The translations under genes and the position numbers were made by a program. A DNA stretch of 41,826 nt from a virus (taxonomy: Duplodnaviria > Caudoviricetes), in the IMG/VR virus record IMGVR_UViG_3300020530_000015, positions 1 to 41,826 of that record. One strand, given 5' to 3'. The notes below the pieces were generated by a model. The model did not search any database, had not been told where the DNA came from, and was given only the letters and a program-made list of their open reading frames with translations. How positions within the stretch are numbered: the first letter of the stretch is position 1; every line of letters starts with the position of its first letter. This document shows positions 1-10,403 of the stretch, in pieces.

Positions 1-12
1 GCGGCGAAAAGG
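1..12. repeat. 12-bp terminal direct repeat GCGGCGAAAAGG (left copy)
   Basis: Identical to 41815-41826; indicates a circular assembly or a cohesive end. Confidence 0.85.
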
Positions 13-102
13 CCGTCTTTTTCAAAAAAAAGTTAGTCCGTTCATAGCAATAATTGGCCTGGGGGTAAGGGGGCCATTTTCCATTAACTTGAGAGGTGAT
101 CA

Positions 103-606
103 TTGAAGATTGAGCAGCGGTCTGTTTCTGAGCTTTCCAACGACCCAGCAAATGCGAGGAAGCACAATGATCGAAACATCCAGGCAATCATCGCCAGCCT
201 GAGGAGGTTTGGTCAGCAAAAGCCCATCGTTATCGACAGGAATGGCATTGTCAGAGCTGGCAACGGAACTCTTGAGGCAGCGAAGCAGCTTGGCTGGGAT
301 TCTATAGATGTTGTCATCACCGAGTTAAATGGGTCAGACGCTGTTGCCTACGCTATCGCAGACAACCGGACAGCTGAACTAGCTGAATGGGATTCCGACG
401 TTCTGGCGGCCCAGTTAAACGGCTTGCTGGCAGATGATGAAGACCTAGCGACTGCGGCAGGTTTTTCTGTTGAAGAAATTGAAGCGATGCTAGCAGATTT
501 TGAGCCTGGGTCTGAAGATGACCAAGGGCAGCTTGACCAACTAGAACCCAAGATTGTGACTTGTCCTCATTGTCGACAGGAATTTGATTGTCGTGAGCAA
601 ATCTGA
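103..606 (+). CDS. ParB/Srx N-terminal domain protein with C-terminal CPHC zinc-ribbon
   Basis: NARKH...FGQQKPIVID...AGNGTLEAAK...ADNR motifs; GAGAGGT RBS before TTG. Confidence 0.85.
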   Translation: MKIEQRSVSELSNDPANARKHNDRNIQAIIASLRRFGQQKPIVIDRNGIVRAGNGTLEAAKQLGWDSIDVVITELNGSDAVAYAIADNRTAELAEWDSDVLAAQLNGLLADDEDLATAAGFSVEEIEAMLADFEPGSEDDQGQLDQLEPKIVTCPHCRQEFDCREQI

Positions 607-1291
607 TTTGCGAATTGATTGGGCAACGCATGAGGCAGCTAAGTATGCCTGCAAGAATTGGCATTACAGCGGTTGTTTGCCATCGTTTAAGCGATTGAAA
701 GTTGGGGCATGGGAAAGTGAAAAGTTTATCGGCGTTGTGTTGTTCGGCCAAGGTGCAACGCCAGAATACGGTAAACGGTTCCAATTACCGATCACCGGCG
801 TTTGCGAACTAACGAGAGTAGCATTGTCAAAGCATACTGTTTCAACATCACGCATTTTGTCGATTGCGTTAAAGTTTTTGAAAAAACAATGCCCAGATAT
901 TCGGTTAGTGATATCGTTTGCGGATTCATCACAAGGCCATCATGGCGGCATTTATCAGGCAACCAATTGGATTTACGACGGAACAGTTGCAACGCACGGA
1001 TACCGAGTTAATGGAAAGATTGAACACCCAAAGACGTTGCACAGCAGATACGGAAAAGGCGGACAGTCAATACCGTGGCTAAAGAAGCACGTTGACAAAA
1101 ATGCCGAAAGAGTAGTGGCAGCGATAAAACACCGCTATCTAATGCCATTAGATGACGAAATGCGAAAGCGAATCGAGCCACTACGCAAACCATACCCAAA
1201 ACGCGTTACAAGTGCTGAAAGCGGCACGCCCGGCATTCCAGTCGGGAAGGGGCGGTGCAATTCCGACCGTAACGCTTTAGATATTAAATGA
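593..1291 (+). CDS. Mom-like GNAT-fold DNA modification enzyme
   Basis: HYS, GVVLFG, ELTRVAL, ISFAD..GHHGGIYQATNWIY match Mom-family motifs; start may be 584 or 593. Confidence 0.75.
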   Translation: MSKSDLRIDWATHEAAKYACKNWHYSGCLPSFKRLKVGAWESEKFIGVVLFGQGATPEYGKRFQLPITGVCELTRVALSKHTVSTSRILSIALKFLKKQCPDIRLVISFADSSQGHHGGIYQATNWIYDGTVATHGYRVNGKIEHPKTLHSRYGKGGQSIPWLKKHVDKNAERVVAAIKHRYLMPLDDEMRKRIEPLRKPYPKRVTSAESGTPGIPVGKGRCNSDRNALDIK

Positions 1292-1659
1292 GTGTCCGCG
1301 ATACGCGTTTGATGGAGCGAGCATTGCGAGAACGATGGCCAATCAAAGCAGAGTACCGCGAAAAGATCATTGCAAGTCTGTTGCTGATTGTTGCAGATCG
1401 CACAGCTTCGCCGCGAGAAAGGACATCAGCGGCCAAAGCACTTTTGCACGCAGACCAGATCAACCTGGAAGAAGAGCGGTTGATACAGGAGGATGAGCAT
1501 CAACAACGTGGAAGACTGGTTGACTTCGCTAAGCACCTCGGAGCTGAAGAGCTTGCTAGGCTCGCGTCTGCCAGTGGAATTGCAATCCCAGCCATCGAAG
1601 CCCAAGATGGACGAGCGGACTCGCCAGCGAATTATGATGGCGAAGAAGCGGGCGGCTGA
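1288..1659 (+). CDS. Putative terminase small subunit
   Basis: Helical 123-aa ORF directly before the large terminase; positional call. Confidence 0.45.
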   Translation: MSVRDTRLMERALRERWPIKAEYREKIIASLLLIVADRTASPRERTSAAKALLHADQINLEEERLIQEDEHQQRGRLVDFAKHLGAEELARLASASGIAIPAIEAQDGRADSPANYDGEEAGG

Positions 1660-3712
1660 GCGAGACATCGCCATCCCGTGCCCGCAGTCCATCGACCGTC
1701 GTTTGGCCTGTTTGGCGGATTGTCAACTTTTCCTCGAGACGTACTTCGCCGACGTGTTCTATGAAAAGTTCACGGCTGACCGTGCAGACATGATTCAGTC
1801 AATCATCAATGCCGCGATGTTTGGCGGAGACCAGGCGATCGCCGGGCCTCGCGGAGAAGGCAAAACTCGCCTGGCTCTGTTCGTCGCATTGTGGCTGGCA
1901 ATCACCGGCCTTTCGAAATTCCCGATCGTTATTGGCAAGTCGCAAAGCAAAGCCCAGAACGAGCTAAAAGGAATCAAGGAAAAGCTACAGCAATCCGAAC
2001 TGCTGATCGCAGACTTTCCCGAGGTCGGAGTACTGTTCAAAGCCGTCGGCGGATGGAGCAGCCGAGCCCGCATGCAGACAGTCCGTGGACAGCTTACGAA
2101 CATCGAGCTAGCTTCCGATCACCTCATATTCCCGAAGGTTGAACGATGGCAGTTGCCGGCAGACTGGCCGAAGAACAGCGAGCCAGTAAGCCGAGGCCAG
2201 ATCATTGCCTCGCTCGGCGTTGACGGACCGATCCGCGGCACCAACTATCGTGACCAACGACCAACCATCGCAATCATCGACGACATCGAAGACCGAGAAG
2301 CAGCGGCATCCGATACGCTGATTGCCAAGAACGAGGAGGTGATTGAGCAAGACATCGCAGGGCTCGGCCCGAGCGGCGTCCGCATTTCCCGCGTCATGCT
2401 GTGCACGACCCAAAACCGCAAGTGCATCGCCTATCGGTACACCGACCCAAAGCTGAAGCCATCTTGGAAGGGAAGACGCTACCGAAAAATGGTCAAGCGA
2501 CCCGACCGCATGGACTTGGTTCAGCAATATATCGAGATGCGTCAAAACCGATCCGAGAAAGACCCTGATGCCCGGGAAGCGTTTCGATTCTGGCGAGACC
2601 TTAAAAGCAACATCGAAGATGGCTGCGTCGTCTCCAATGCACAATCTTACGACAAGAGGTTGCACGCGGATGGTGAACCGATCGAACTATCGGCCGTTCA
2701 AGCGTACTTTAACCGCGTGGCCGATTTTGGTGAAAAAGCGGTTGCGACAGAAATTGACAACGACCCGCCGGAGGAGGCGGGCCCGGTCGGAGCTGGGCTC
2801 ACCGCAGCGATCATTACCAGCCGAGTCAACGGACTGCCTAGAAAGATGTGCCCGTTGAATACGGCAGCGATTACCGCGGCTATCGACCTCGGGAAGTATC
2901 GTTGTCACTGGGTCGTCTGTGCCTGGTGGAATGGTGCCGGCGGTGCTGTGATCGATTACGGAGTTGCCGAGGTTACTGGTACCGATACATCGATGGATCA
3001 TGAAGGCAGCGAACCGATGATCTACCGTGCTTTGCTGGAATGGCGAGACGCTATTTTGGCCAAAGAGTACATCGACCAGGCCGGCGAGCGTCGACAGATA
3101 GACTTCGCTCTAGTTGACTCTGGGACGTTCACCAATGCCGCCTATGAGTTTTGCCGGCAGGTTCGATCGCCATTCCACCCGTCAAAAGGGTTTGCCCCGT
3201 ACTACCCGAAGAAAACCTCGTCGTCTTCCGTGCTAGCTGGAAGCAACCTGCACGCTTCTAGGTTGGATTCTCAAGGACTTTGGCTATACGAGCTTGATAC
3301 CAATTATTGGAAGCAATGGGTGCACGAACGATATTTGACGCCGACGTTTGACGAACAAAACATGCTGCGGCGTGGCTCGCTGTCGCTGTTTGAGCTAGAC
3401 GGGAACCAGAAGCACCAAGCCTATGCTCATCACATCGCGGCCGAAGAGCTAGTTACCTCATTCAAGGAAGGCAAAGGGGCCAAGACGTTTTGGAACGTCA
3501 AGTCGGAAAACAACCACTGGCTCGACGCGACGTACATGGCCGCCGCATGTTCTGAGGTTTGCGGGATCAAACTGATTGCTCCCTCGGAGGTTGAGCTATC
3601 GCCGCAACAGCTCAGCGACAAACCAAAGCCAAAGCCTAAGCCAGTGCAGCAAAGGCAGCACGGCAAGTTTCGTTCTCGTCCAGGAGGGTGGATTCCCAAG
3701 CGAAGATGGTGA
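1493..3712 (+). CDS. terL: Terminase large subunit (gpA-like nuclease domain)
   Basis: Walker A GPRGEGKT, Walker B IAIIDDIE, nuclease motifs AIDLG, VDSG, NHWLDA; alternative start 1607. Confidence 0.9.
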   Translation: MSINNVEDWLTSLSTSELKSLLGSRLPVELQSQPSKPKMDERTRQRIMMAKKRAAERDIAIPCPQSIDRRLACLADCQLFLETYFADVFYEKFTADRADMIQSIINAAMFGGDQAIAGPRGEGKTRLALFVALWLAITGLSKFPIVIGKSQSKAQNELKGIKEKLQQSELLIADFPEVGVLFKAVGGWSSRARMQTVRGQLTNIELASDHLIFPKVERWQLPADWPKNSEPVSRGQIIASLGVDGPIRGTNYRDQRPTIAIIDDIEDREAAASDTLIAKNEEVIEQDIAGLGPSGVRISRVMLCTTQNRKCIAYRYTDPKLKPSWKGRRYRKMVKRPDRMDLVQQYIEMRQNRSEKDPDAREAFRFWRDLKSNIEDGCVVSNAQSYDKRLHADGEPIELSAVQAYFNRVADFGEKAVATEIDNDPPEEAGPVGAGLTAAIITSRVNGLPRKMCPLNTAAITAAIDLGKYRCHWVVCAWWNGAGGAVIDYGVAEVTGTDTSMDHEGSEPMIYRALLEWRDAILAKEYIDQAGERRQIDFALVDSGTFTNAAYEFCRQVRSPFHPSKGFAPYYPKKTSSSSVLAGSNLHASRLDSQGLWLYELDTNYWKQWVHERYLTPTFDEQNMLRRGSLSLFELDGNQKHQAYAHHIAAEELVTSFKEGKGAKTFWNVKSENNHWLDATYMAAACSEVCGIKLIAPSEVELSPQQLSDKPKPKPKPVQQRQHGKFRSRPGGWIPKRRW

Positions 3713-3717
3713 AAACA

Positions 3718-3960
3718 ATGGCAAAGAGGAAGCGAGAACATCGGTTACAGATCCCAATGGAGACACGGCTTGAGCCAACGCCGGACGTTCGTCTGATTGA
3801 CGAGCCAAAGCCTCGCGAGTTCGTCCCTCGGGACTGCTCAATGTGTGCAGCCAATCGACCACCGCGAACAAACTACTCCCGAGTCTACGCCAAGCACGGC
3901 AAGGTTCGATATTGCAAGTGCGGCTTTTGCGGCAACACCTGGGCACAAGAAGGCCCGTAG
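3718..3960 (+). CDS. Small zinc-finger protein (Ogr/Delta-like)
   Basis: CSMC...RYCKCGFCGNTW. Confidence 0.55.
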   Translation: MAKRKREHRLQIPMETRLEPTPDVRLIDEPKPREFVPRDCSMCAANRPPRTNYSRVYAKHGKVRYCKCGFCGNTWAQEGP

Positions 3961-4032
3961 TTTTTTCGTCCGTTACAATTGCAATTGTAAATAGCTGTAT
4001 AGTAATTGACATGTGCTTGCCATCTTGATGGC

Positions 4033-4248
4033 ATGGCATCGGCAGCAGATCTTCTAGCACAGATTGACGCGGCAATCGAAGCACTCCTTACCGGCGGTGC
4101 TTCGTCTTACAACATTGGCAGCCGCAGCGTAACGAAGCTCGATCTAAACACGCTTTTCGAGCAACGCAATCAGCTTCTCTTTGCCGTTCAACGCGAGAAC
4201 GGCAGCGGTGCTTTCCGCCTTGCCAAGATGGGAAAACCATCCGCATGA
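4033..4248 (+). CDS. gpW-like head-to-tail joining protein
   Basis: AIEALLTGGASSYNIGSRSVTKLDL motif; lies between terL and portal. Confidence 0.75.
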   Translation: MASAADLLAQIDAAIEALLTGGASSYNIGSRSVTKLDLNTLFEQRNQLLFAVQRENGSGAFRLAKMGKPSA

Positions 4249-6017
4249 TTGGCATCGGCGAAGTTCTCGACAACTTTATCGGCGTCTTTGCTCCGGCTGC
4301 CAAGCTTCGCAGGATGCAAGCTCGGCGGATTGCCCGTAGCTATCAAGGAGCCGAGCCAAACCGGCTGACCGCCAACCGCAAGCCGAAGAATCAATCGGCA
4401 GACCAGGAATTGCTGGGCCCGTTTGGTGCCGACTCGATGCGTGCTTGGGCTCGCGAGCTGGTGCGAAACAACAGCTATGCCTGGGGCGTCGTCGATACCA
4501 TCGTTTCGAGCGTCGTTGGCTGCGGGATCAAAGCCCAGTCAACCTATGAGACTCCCGAAGGCGACGACATCGAGGACACCAACGAGGCTCGCGACAAGGC
4601 CTGGCGGGAATGGTGCGAAGTCTGCGACATCAACGGGCAATACACGTTCGATGAGATCCAGTCGATTTGCCAACGTGAAATTGTCGAGGCTGGCGAAGTC
4701 CTTATCCGCCTGGTACGCACGCCGAGCAAAACCCATCGCGGGATTCTTCGGCCAGTACCATTGGCTCTTGAGCTTATCGAAGCCGACCGGCTCGCCGGCG
4801 ACAAGGACACCTATCATGCTCGCGTTAGCCGCGAAACTGGCAACCGCATCATCCGCGGCGTCGAGGTGGACGACCTCGGCAAGCCCATTGCCTACTGGCT
4901 CTATCCAGACCATCCCAACGGCATTTACAGCGTCCACCGGACCGCCGAGCGGATTCCCGCAAGCGAGGTGCTGCACCTCTTCCGCCGAGACCGCATCGGA
5001 CAGACTCGCGGGATTAGCTGGTTTGCTCCAGTTCTCTCTTGGCTGCGAGACCTGGGCGTATACGTTGACAACGAGCTGCAAGCTTCGGCTGTTGCCTCGT
5101 GCTTCACAGTCGCCATCAAGAGTGAAACGCCAATCGGCAGCCTGCTTGCCCCAAACGATCAAGACACCGTCGACACTGACGGCAACGCCTACGAGTACCT
5201 ACAGCCCGGGATGGTAATGCGGCTACGGCCGAACGAGTCAATTGAGTCGGCCAACCCAGGCCGGCCAAACTCGGCCAGCGAACCGTGGATCAGCCTGATG
5301 CTTCGAGGCATCGCGGTTGGTACTGGGCTTAGCTATGAGATCGTCGCTCGTGACTACAGCAAAACCAACTACTCTTCCTCGCGAACCTCCCAGCTAGAAG
5401 ACCGTCGCCGCTTTCGTCGGTGGCAGCGGTATCTGCTCAATCACATGTGCCAACCCATCTGGGATGCGTTCTGTGATGCTGCGGCAATCTCTGGGATGGA
5501 AGAGTTTCCGACTTCCGCTGAGTTGCTAGAGGATCGTCGCAAGTACGCTCCGGTCGAGTGGCAGACTCCCGAGTGGGAATGGGTCGATCCGCAATCGGAA
5601 CAAGCTTCAGCCGAGCAATCTATCAAGACGTTCATGTCGGACTACCAGACGGAACTGGGTAGCCGCGGTCGCTCGTATCGAGCTGTCTTCTATCAGCGAG
5701 CCAAGGAAGAACGGCTACGCAAGCAACTCGGGCTGCTGACTCCTGAAGAGATGCAGATTGCAGCTACGGCACCGCCGGCCGAGCAGCCAGCCGCAGTCGG
5801 TACGGGCGAAATGGCTGGTCTGTCTCGCCTGCAATGGAAGCGAAACGGCAAGGCCATCGAAGACGTTCTATCTGGCTTAGTTGATGGCTCGATCACCTCG
5901 ACCAAGGCGTCGGTGCTGCTGTCAACGCTTGGTCTATCTCAAGCCAACATCGACGCACTCATCGCCGACGCAAGCGATGGAACCATCGAAACCAATCTGG
6001 ACGAGGTGGACGCATGA
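4245..6017 (+). CDS. Lambda-family portal protein with C-terminal extension
   Basis: ARELVRNN, GQTRGISWFAPV, DYSKTNYSSSR, WVDP motifs. Confidence 0.95.
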   Translation: MIGIGEVLDNFIGVFAPAAKLRRMQARRIARSYQGAEPNRLTANRKPKNQSADQELLGPFGADSMRAWARELVRNNSYAWGVVDTIVSSVVGCGIKAQSTYETPEGDDIEDTNEARDKAWREWCEVCDINGQYTFDEIQSICQREIVEAGEVLIRLVRTPSKTHRGILRPVPLALELIEADRLAGDKDTYHARVSRETGNRIIRGVEVDDLGKPIAYWLYPDHPNGIYSVHRTAERIPASEVLHLFRRDRIGQTRGISWFAPVLSWLRDLGVYVDNELQASAVASCFTVAIKSETPIGSLLAPNDQDTVDTDGNAYEYLQPGMVMRLRPNESIESANPGRPNSASEPWISLMLRGIAVGTGLSYEIVARDYSKTNYSSSRTSQLEDRRRFRRWQRYLLNHMCQPIWDAFCDAAAISGMEEFPTSAELLEDRRKYAPVEWQTPEWEWVDPQSEQASAEQSIKTFMSDYQTELGSRGRSYRAVFYQRAKEERLRKQLGLLTPEEMQIAATAPPAEQPAAVGTGEMAGLSRLQWKRNGKAIEDVLSGLVDGSITSTKASVLLSTLGLSQANIDALIADASDGTIETNLDEVDA

Positions 6018-8236
6018 GAAAGGGCAAGCTACCGCCAGCCAAAACTCCATCGCTCGTCATGCGGGAAGTCTCGGTGGTTGCCTCGACCGCTGACGCAACT
6101 CGGCGATCGGTTCGCGTTGTAACTGCCACCGAAACGCCCGTTCTTCGTTATGACGACGATCGCGGAATGGTTGTCAAGGAAGTGCTGCTGATGGACGGGA
6201 TGCGAATGCGTCCAGGTCGCACGCAACTCCCGATCGTCGATAGCCACGATCAAAGCACCATCCGCAACGTCGTCGGCAGCCTTCGCAATGTCAGCGTCGA
6301 TGGCGATGAGTTCGGCGGCGATGCCTACTTCGCATCTGACGCAGCCTCGCAAGAAGCTTATGCAAAGCTTTCCGAAGGGCATCTCACAGACTTCTCGATC
6401 ACCGCCGAACCGCTCGAGACGCGGTTTGTTCAACGCGGCGAAACGTATCGCACAACTGCTGGCAACGTCATCGAAGGCCCAGCAAACATCGTTCTGAGTT
6501 GGACGCCTTTGGATGCAAGCTTAGTCGCTTGCGGGGCAGACAACTATTCAACCGTCCGTCGCTCATATCTCGAAGCGGCAAGAAAGGAATCATCTCGAAT
6601 GATCGATGCACAAGTGCTCGCCGCTTTGCAGGCGAAAGGCTTACCCGAAGGCATGGAAGATCCCAACCAGATCCTGGCTTGGGTCGCCGGAATGATGGGC
6701 AGCGAAGCCGCAGAAGAAGCGAGCGAAGTATCTGACGAAATGGCATCTCTGCCAGTCGAGCCTGTTGAGGCTTCGAAACGCGAAGTCATGGAAGACAAGC
6801 CAGTCGAAGAAGCCACCGAACCTGTCGCCAAAACGATGGACGTGGAAGAGGAAGTCAAGCGACACCTCACCGCGGACGCGAAGCGGCGGAAGACCATTAT
6901 CCAGGATTGCAAACTTGCCAAGCTTGAGCGGGCCTTCGCTGACGAGCTTTGCGATTCCGGTTTATCCGTTGAAGACGCCCGCGAAAGGATCCTTCGAAAG
7001 ATGAGTACCAAAGAGATCGGCCAAACGGTCGGTGGAGCCGAGATCAAGGTCACGGCTTCCGAAGACGACAAGTTCAATGCCGCCGTCCGCGACGGCTTGC
7101 TGATTCGCTCCTATCAAGGAGCTCGAGTTCAGCGGCACAAAGTTGACAACCCGGCTGCCGGGGCTAACGACTTCGCACGCTTGAGCCTCAACCGCTTGGC
7201 GTACGCTGTTCTGTCGCGTGCTGGCTACCCAGTCGAGCGGATGAGCAATCGCGAAATCGCGATGGCGGCGATGGGTAACCGCTCAATCAGCGAGCGGTAT
7301 ATCAAGCGATCCGAGTCTTATCACACCACCGGCAGCTTTACCAACCTGCTGCTCGATGCCGCCAACAAGACGTTGCTGGCTGCTTATGACGAAGCGATCT
7401 ACTCTTGGTCGCAATGGGCTCGCCAAGCTCCGAGCGTTGAGGACTTCAAGGCCATCAACCGTATCCGGTTCGGCGAATCGCCAAACTTGGAAATGGTTCC
7501 GGAAGGCAAGGAGTATCCCGAGAAGAGCGTCGGCGATTCGAAGGAATCTTACAGCGTTCAAAAGTACGGTGCCTTGTTCACCGTGTCTTGGGAAACGGTC
7601 GTCAACGATGACCTCGACGCCATCAGCCGCATCCCAGCCATGCACGGCAACGCTGCTCGGCGGATGCAGAATAAGAAGGTTTACGAGGTGCTGACCAGCA
7701 ACCCAACCATGGGCGATGGTTACTCTTTGTTCTCTTCTTCGCACGCATCCGGCGACAACACCTCGGGCAGTGCTGCTGCTCCGGCGGTTGCAACGCTGTC
7801 GACTGGATTCGAAAAGATGATGCTGCAAAAGGGCATCAGCTCCGATGCCATTCTCGGCATTGTGCCTCGCTTCTTGATTGTGCCGGCCAACTACTCGGCG
7901 GAAGCCTTGCAGTTGATGGCTTCGACTGCCGACCCTGCCGCCGGCGGAAGTGCTGCTGGTAACGCCAACACGGCCAACATCTACGGCCCTGGCGGTGCTC
8001 GCTCGCTCAATGTGATCGTTGAGCCGCAGCTTGATGGTGCCTCAACCACCAACTGGTATTTGGCCGCCGACCCAGCCCAGATCGACACCGTCGAACTTTG
8101 CTTCTTGAGCGGCGAGGAATCGCCAGTTCTTGAGAGCGAGTGGGACTTCGCCACTGACACCTACAAGTACAAGGTTCGCCAGACCTTCGGCGTGAAGGCC
8201 ATCGATTGGCGTGGCCTGTTCCGCAACTCTGCCTGA
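6014..8236 (+). CDS. Prohead protease-scaffold-major capsid fusion protein
   Basis: N-terminal HK97-like protease region (DSH, FSI), acidic linker, C-terminal capsid (HTTGSF, YGALFTVSWETVVNDDL, FGVKAIDWRGL). Confidence 0.9.
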   Translation: MRKGKLPPAKTPSLVMREVSVVASTADATRRSVRVVTATETPVLRYDDDRGMVVKEVLLMDGMRMRPGRTQLPIVDSHDQSTIRNVVGSLRNVSVDGDEFGGDAYFASDAASQEAYAKLSEGHLTDFSITAEPLETRFVQRGETYRTTAGNVIEGPANIVLSWTPLDASLVACGADNYSTVRRSYLEAARKESSRMIDAQVLAALQAKGLPEGMEDPNQILAWVAGMMGSEAAEEASEVSDEMASLPVEPVEASKREVMEDKPVEEATEPVAKTMDVEEEVKRHLTADAKRRKTIIQDCKLAKLERAFADELCDSGLSVEDARERILRKMSTKEIGQTVGGAEIKVTASEDDKFNAAVRDGLLIRSYQGARVQRHKVDNPAAGANDFARLSLNRLAYAVLSRAGYPVERMSNREIAMAAMGNRSISERYIKRSESYHTTGSFTNLLLDAANKTLLAAYDEAIYSWSQWARQAPSVEDFKAINRIRFGESPNLEMVPEGKEYPEKSVGDSKESYSVQKYGALFTVSWETVVNDDLDAISRIPAMHGNAARRMQNKKVYEVLTSNPTMGDGYSLFSSSHASGDNTSGSAAAPAVATLSTGFEKMMLQKGISSDAILGIVPRFLIVPANYSAEALQLMASTADPAAGGSAAGNANTANIYGPGGARSLNVIVEPQLDGASTTNWYLAADPAQIDTVELCFLSGEESPVLESEWDFATDTYKYKVRQTFGVKAIDWRGLFRNSA

Positions 8237-8254
8237 TCTAACGGCTAACTCTCT

Positions 8255-8284
8255 GCCCGCTGCCTAACTGGGCGGCGGGCTTTT
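8255..8284 (+). terminator. Rho-independent terminator after the capsid gene
   Basis: GCCCGCTGCC-loop-GGCGGCGGGC followed by TTTT. Confidence 0.75.
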
Positions 8285-8321
8285 CGGCAACACAACAACT
8301 CACAACAAAGGTTCAAATAAA

Positions 8322-8987
8322 ATGGCTGGTATTCGAGATTTCGCGATTTTTGAGGATGACTTCTTCGGCGGTCAAACGTACGCCGCAACGGTTGGCGAAG
8401 GCTTCTGGAAGGTGACCGACACCTCCTCCAGTGGAACTCCGACCTACGCAAGCGTGACTCCTTCGGCAACTGGCGAAGTGGCTTTGACGCTGGAATCGAC
8501 TGGCGAAGTTCAAAACGTCTGCTTGGACTTTGGTAACAAGCTTTGCTTCGACATCGACAACATTCAACGCTTTGAAACTCGCGTCAAAGTGTCTGGTTGT
8601 ACCTCTGGCACCACGATCGTTTGGGGTTTGCAGTCGAATCGTGCTGACGACACTGACTCGACTACCAACAATGCTCAGTTTAAGATGGTCGGTGCGACCT
8701 CGACGACCGCTGTCGTTGTCGAGACCGATGACAACGTCTTGGACTTGGACGACAAGGCAACCGGCAAGACTTTGGCGACGACCTATAAGGAGTTCGTCAT
8801 CGACTTTTCGGCCGGCAAGAACGACGTCCGATTCTTCATCGACGGCGATCGCGTTGCAGCTTCGACGACCTTTGACATGGGCGAAGCCACCGGAAGCCTG
8901 CAACCGTTCTTCCAGATCCAGAAGACCTCCAGTGCCAACATTGACGCGGTGACGATCGACTACGTTCGCGTAGAGTCGAAGCGATAA
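8322..8987 (+). CDS. Virion beta-sandwich (ConA-like) protein, possible capsid decoration
   Basis: FEDDF start, VRFFIDG, IDYVRV end; follows capsid gene. Confidence 0.6.
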   Translation: MAGIRDFAIFEDDFFGGQTYAATVGEGFWKVTDTSSSGTPTYASVTPSATGEVALTLESTGEVQNVCLDFGNKLCFDIDNIQRFETRVKVSGCTSGTTIVWGLQSNRADDTDSTTNNAQFKMVGATSTTAVVVETDDNVLDLDDKATGKTLATTYKEFVIDFSAGKNDVRFFIDGDRVAASTTFDMGEATGSLQPFFQIQKTSSANIDAVTIDYVRVESKR

Positions 8988-8989
8988 TT

Positions 8990-9337
8990 ATGACGCTGCA
9001 CGACACGATCCAGGCTGATGCCGATAGCGTGTTCTGCAACGCCGACGACTTTGCCGAGCCGGTTACGTACTACCCGCGTGCCGGCGAGGCAAGGACGATT
9101 AATGCGGTTGTTCTTCGCGAACAGCTTGCAGTACTGCCAGAGGATGGCGATTCTGTCCTGCCTGTGTTTGAAATCCACGTTGCCAACAACTCGGAAACTG
9201 GGATTGCAAGCCACGAGCTAAACCTTGGCGGCGACGCCTTAGAGTTCGCCGTAAGGGTCGGTCAGCAGGCCAGCAAGCGTTCTATCCTCAAGCTACTTGG
9301 CCACGACGAAGGAATGTTGGTGCTCGAATGCCGCTGA
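8990..9337 (+). CDS. Head-tail joining/head closure protein
   Basis: VFCNADDFAEPVTY motif and position. Confidence 0.7.
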   Translation: MTLHDTIQADADSVFCNADDFAEPVTYYPRAGEARTINAVVLREQLAVLPEDGDSVLPVFEIHVANNSETGIASHELNLGGDALEFAVRVGQQASKRSILKLLGHDEGMLVLECR

Positions 9338-9822
9338 CGTATACAGTCGAAGAGCGAATCGCTCGCGAGCTACATCGCCGGCTTCGACTGATGCTTAGCA
9401 GCACGAGCTATCAAACCAAAGTTCGATCGGTTATACGGCCGACCCGCTTAGGCAACTTTACTCCAGACCATTTGCAAATTGTGTTGACGATGGGCGAGAC
9501 GGTGGAAGTTGACGAACTAATGTATCCAGGCAACCCAGTCGGGCTTGCCCGTGAGCTGACGTTCAACATTCATTGCCATTTGCTTACCGACGAAAACAGC
9601 AGCACCGCGATTGATCAAGAGGTTTCGCAGTTTGCGGCCGACGTTCAAAAGGCGGTCTGCATCCCAGCGGCTACCTGGCATACCTTTGATGGCAACGCGA
9701 TCGATGCGGCATGGAAGGCGAAAGAGCTTATCAACGCCGACGGCGGGATTGATGGCGTAAACCTGCCGCTAACTGTGCTATACCGAGTCTCTGAACTAGA
9801 TCCCTACGCGACGAGACTATGA
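9328..9822 (+). CDS. Tail terminator-like protein
   Basis: Size, position, C-terminal LTVLYR..DPY. Confidence 0.6.
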   Translation: MPLTYTVEERIARELHRRLRLMLSSTSYQTKVRSVIRPTRLGNFTPDHLQIVLTMGETVEVDELMYPGNPVGLARELTFNIHCHLLTDENSSTAIDQEVSQFAADVQKAVCIPAATWHTFDGNAIDAAWKAKELINADGGIDGVNLPLTVLYRVSELDPYATRL

Positions 9823-10394
9823 TCAATATTTCGGTTGACAAAGAAAAGATCCGCAAGCTTTCTTCGTTGCTAGAAAACAACGCAAAGAAAATAAAGAGAG
9901 AGCTAGCAGTTGCCGTCAATGAAACGGCCAAAATGACAAAGTCCAAGATTGCTAAGCTAATTGCAATTGAGGTGAATTTAACTCAGCGTGAAATAAAAAA
10001 AGGAATTATTGGAAAGCGGGCAACGGCAGCAATGCCACAAACTGAAGTCATTTTGAAAAAAGGTTTCAGGTATAGCATCAAGCATTTTAAGCCAGAGCAA
10101 AAAGATGGTGGCGTCAAAGTCAAGGTAAGAAAATCCGGAAAATCAATCTTGATTCCTCATGCGTTTATGGGGCCAAAACCTGGAGTGTCCTTAGTAAGAT
10201 TCAAGGGGCACGCCTTTAAGAGACTCGGCAAAAAAAGGCTGCCAATTATTCTCTTGCGAGGGCCTTCTGCGTACGGAGCATTTACTAAAAACAATCACCT
10301 GGCACCGACTGTTAAAGAAACGAAAAAACGGTTCGCATACGAAATTGATCGTCGCATTCGCAAAATTGAACTTGAATTGGAAGGCAAGATATAA
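9819..10394 (+). CDS. Lambda gpZ-like minor tail/neck protein
   Basis: Basic protein with AVNETA, HAF, KRLPI...GPS motifs. Confidence 0.7.
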   Translation: MINISVDKEKIRKLSSLLENNAKKIKRELAVAVNETAKMTKSKIAKLIAIEVNLTQREIKKGIIGKRATAAMPQTEVILKKGFRYSIKHFKPEQKDGGVKVKVRKSGKSILIPHAFMGPKPGVSLVRFKGHAFKRLGKKRLPIILLRGPSAYGAFTKNNHLAPTVKETKKRFAYEIDRRIRKIELELEGKI

Positions 10395-10403
10395 GGGAAA
10401 ATC

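Noticed and set aside
3985-4030. TTGACA at 4006 as a late promoter
   Set aside because: No acceptable -10 element at 16-18 nt spacing
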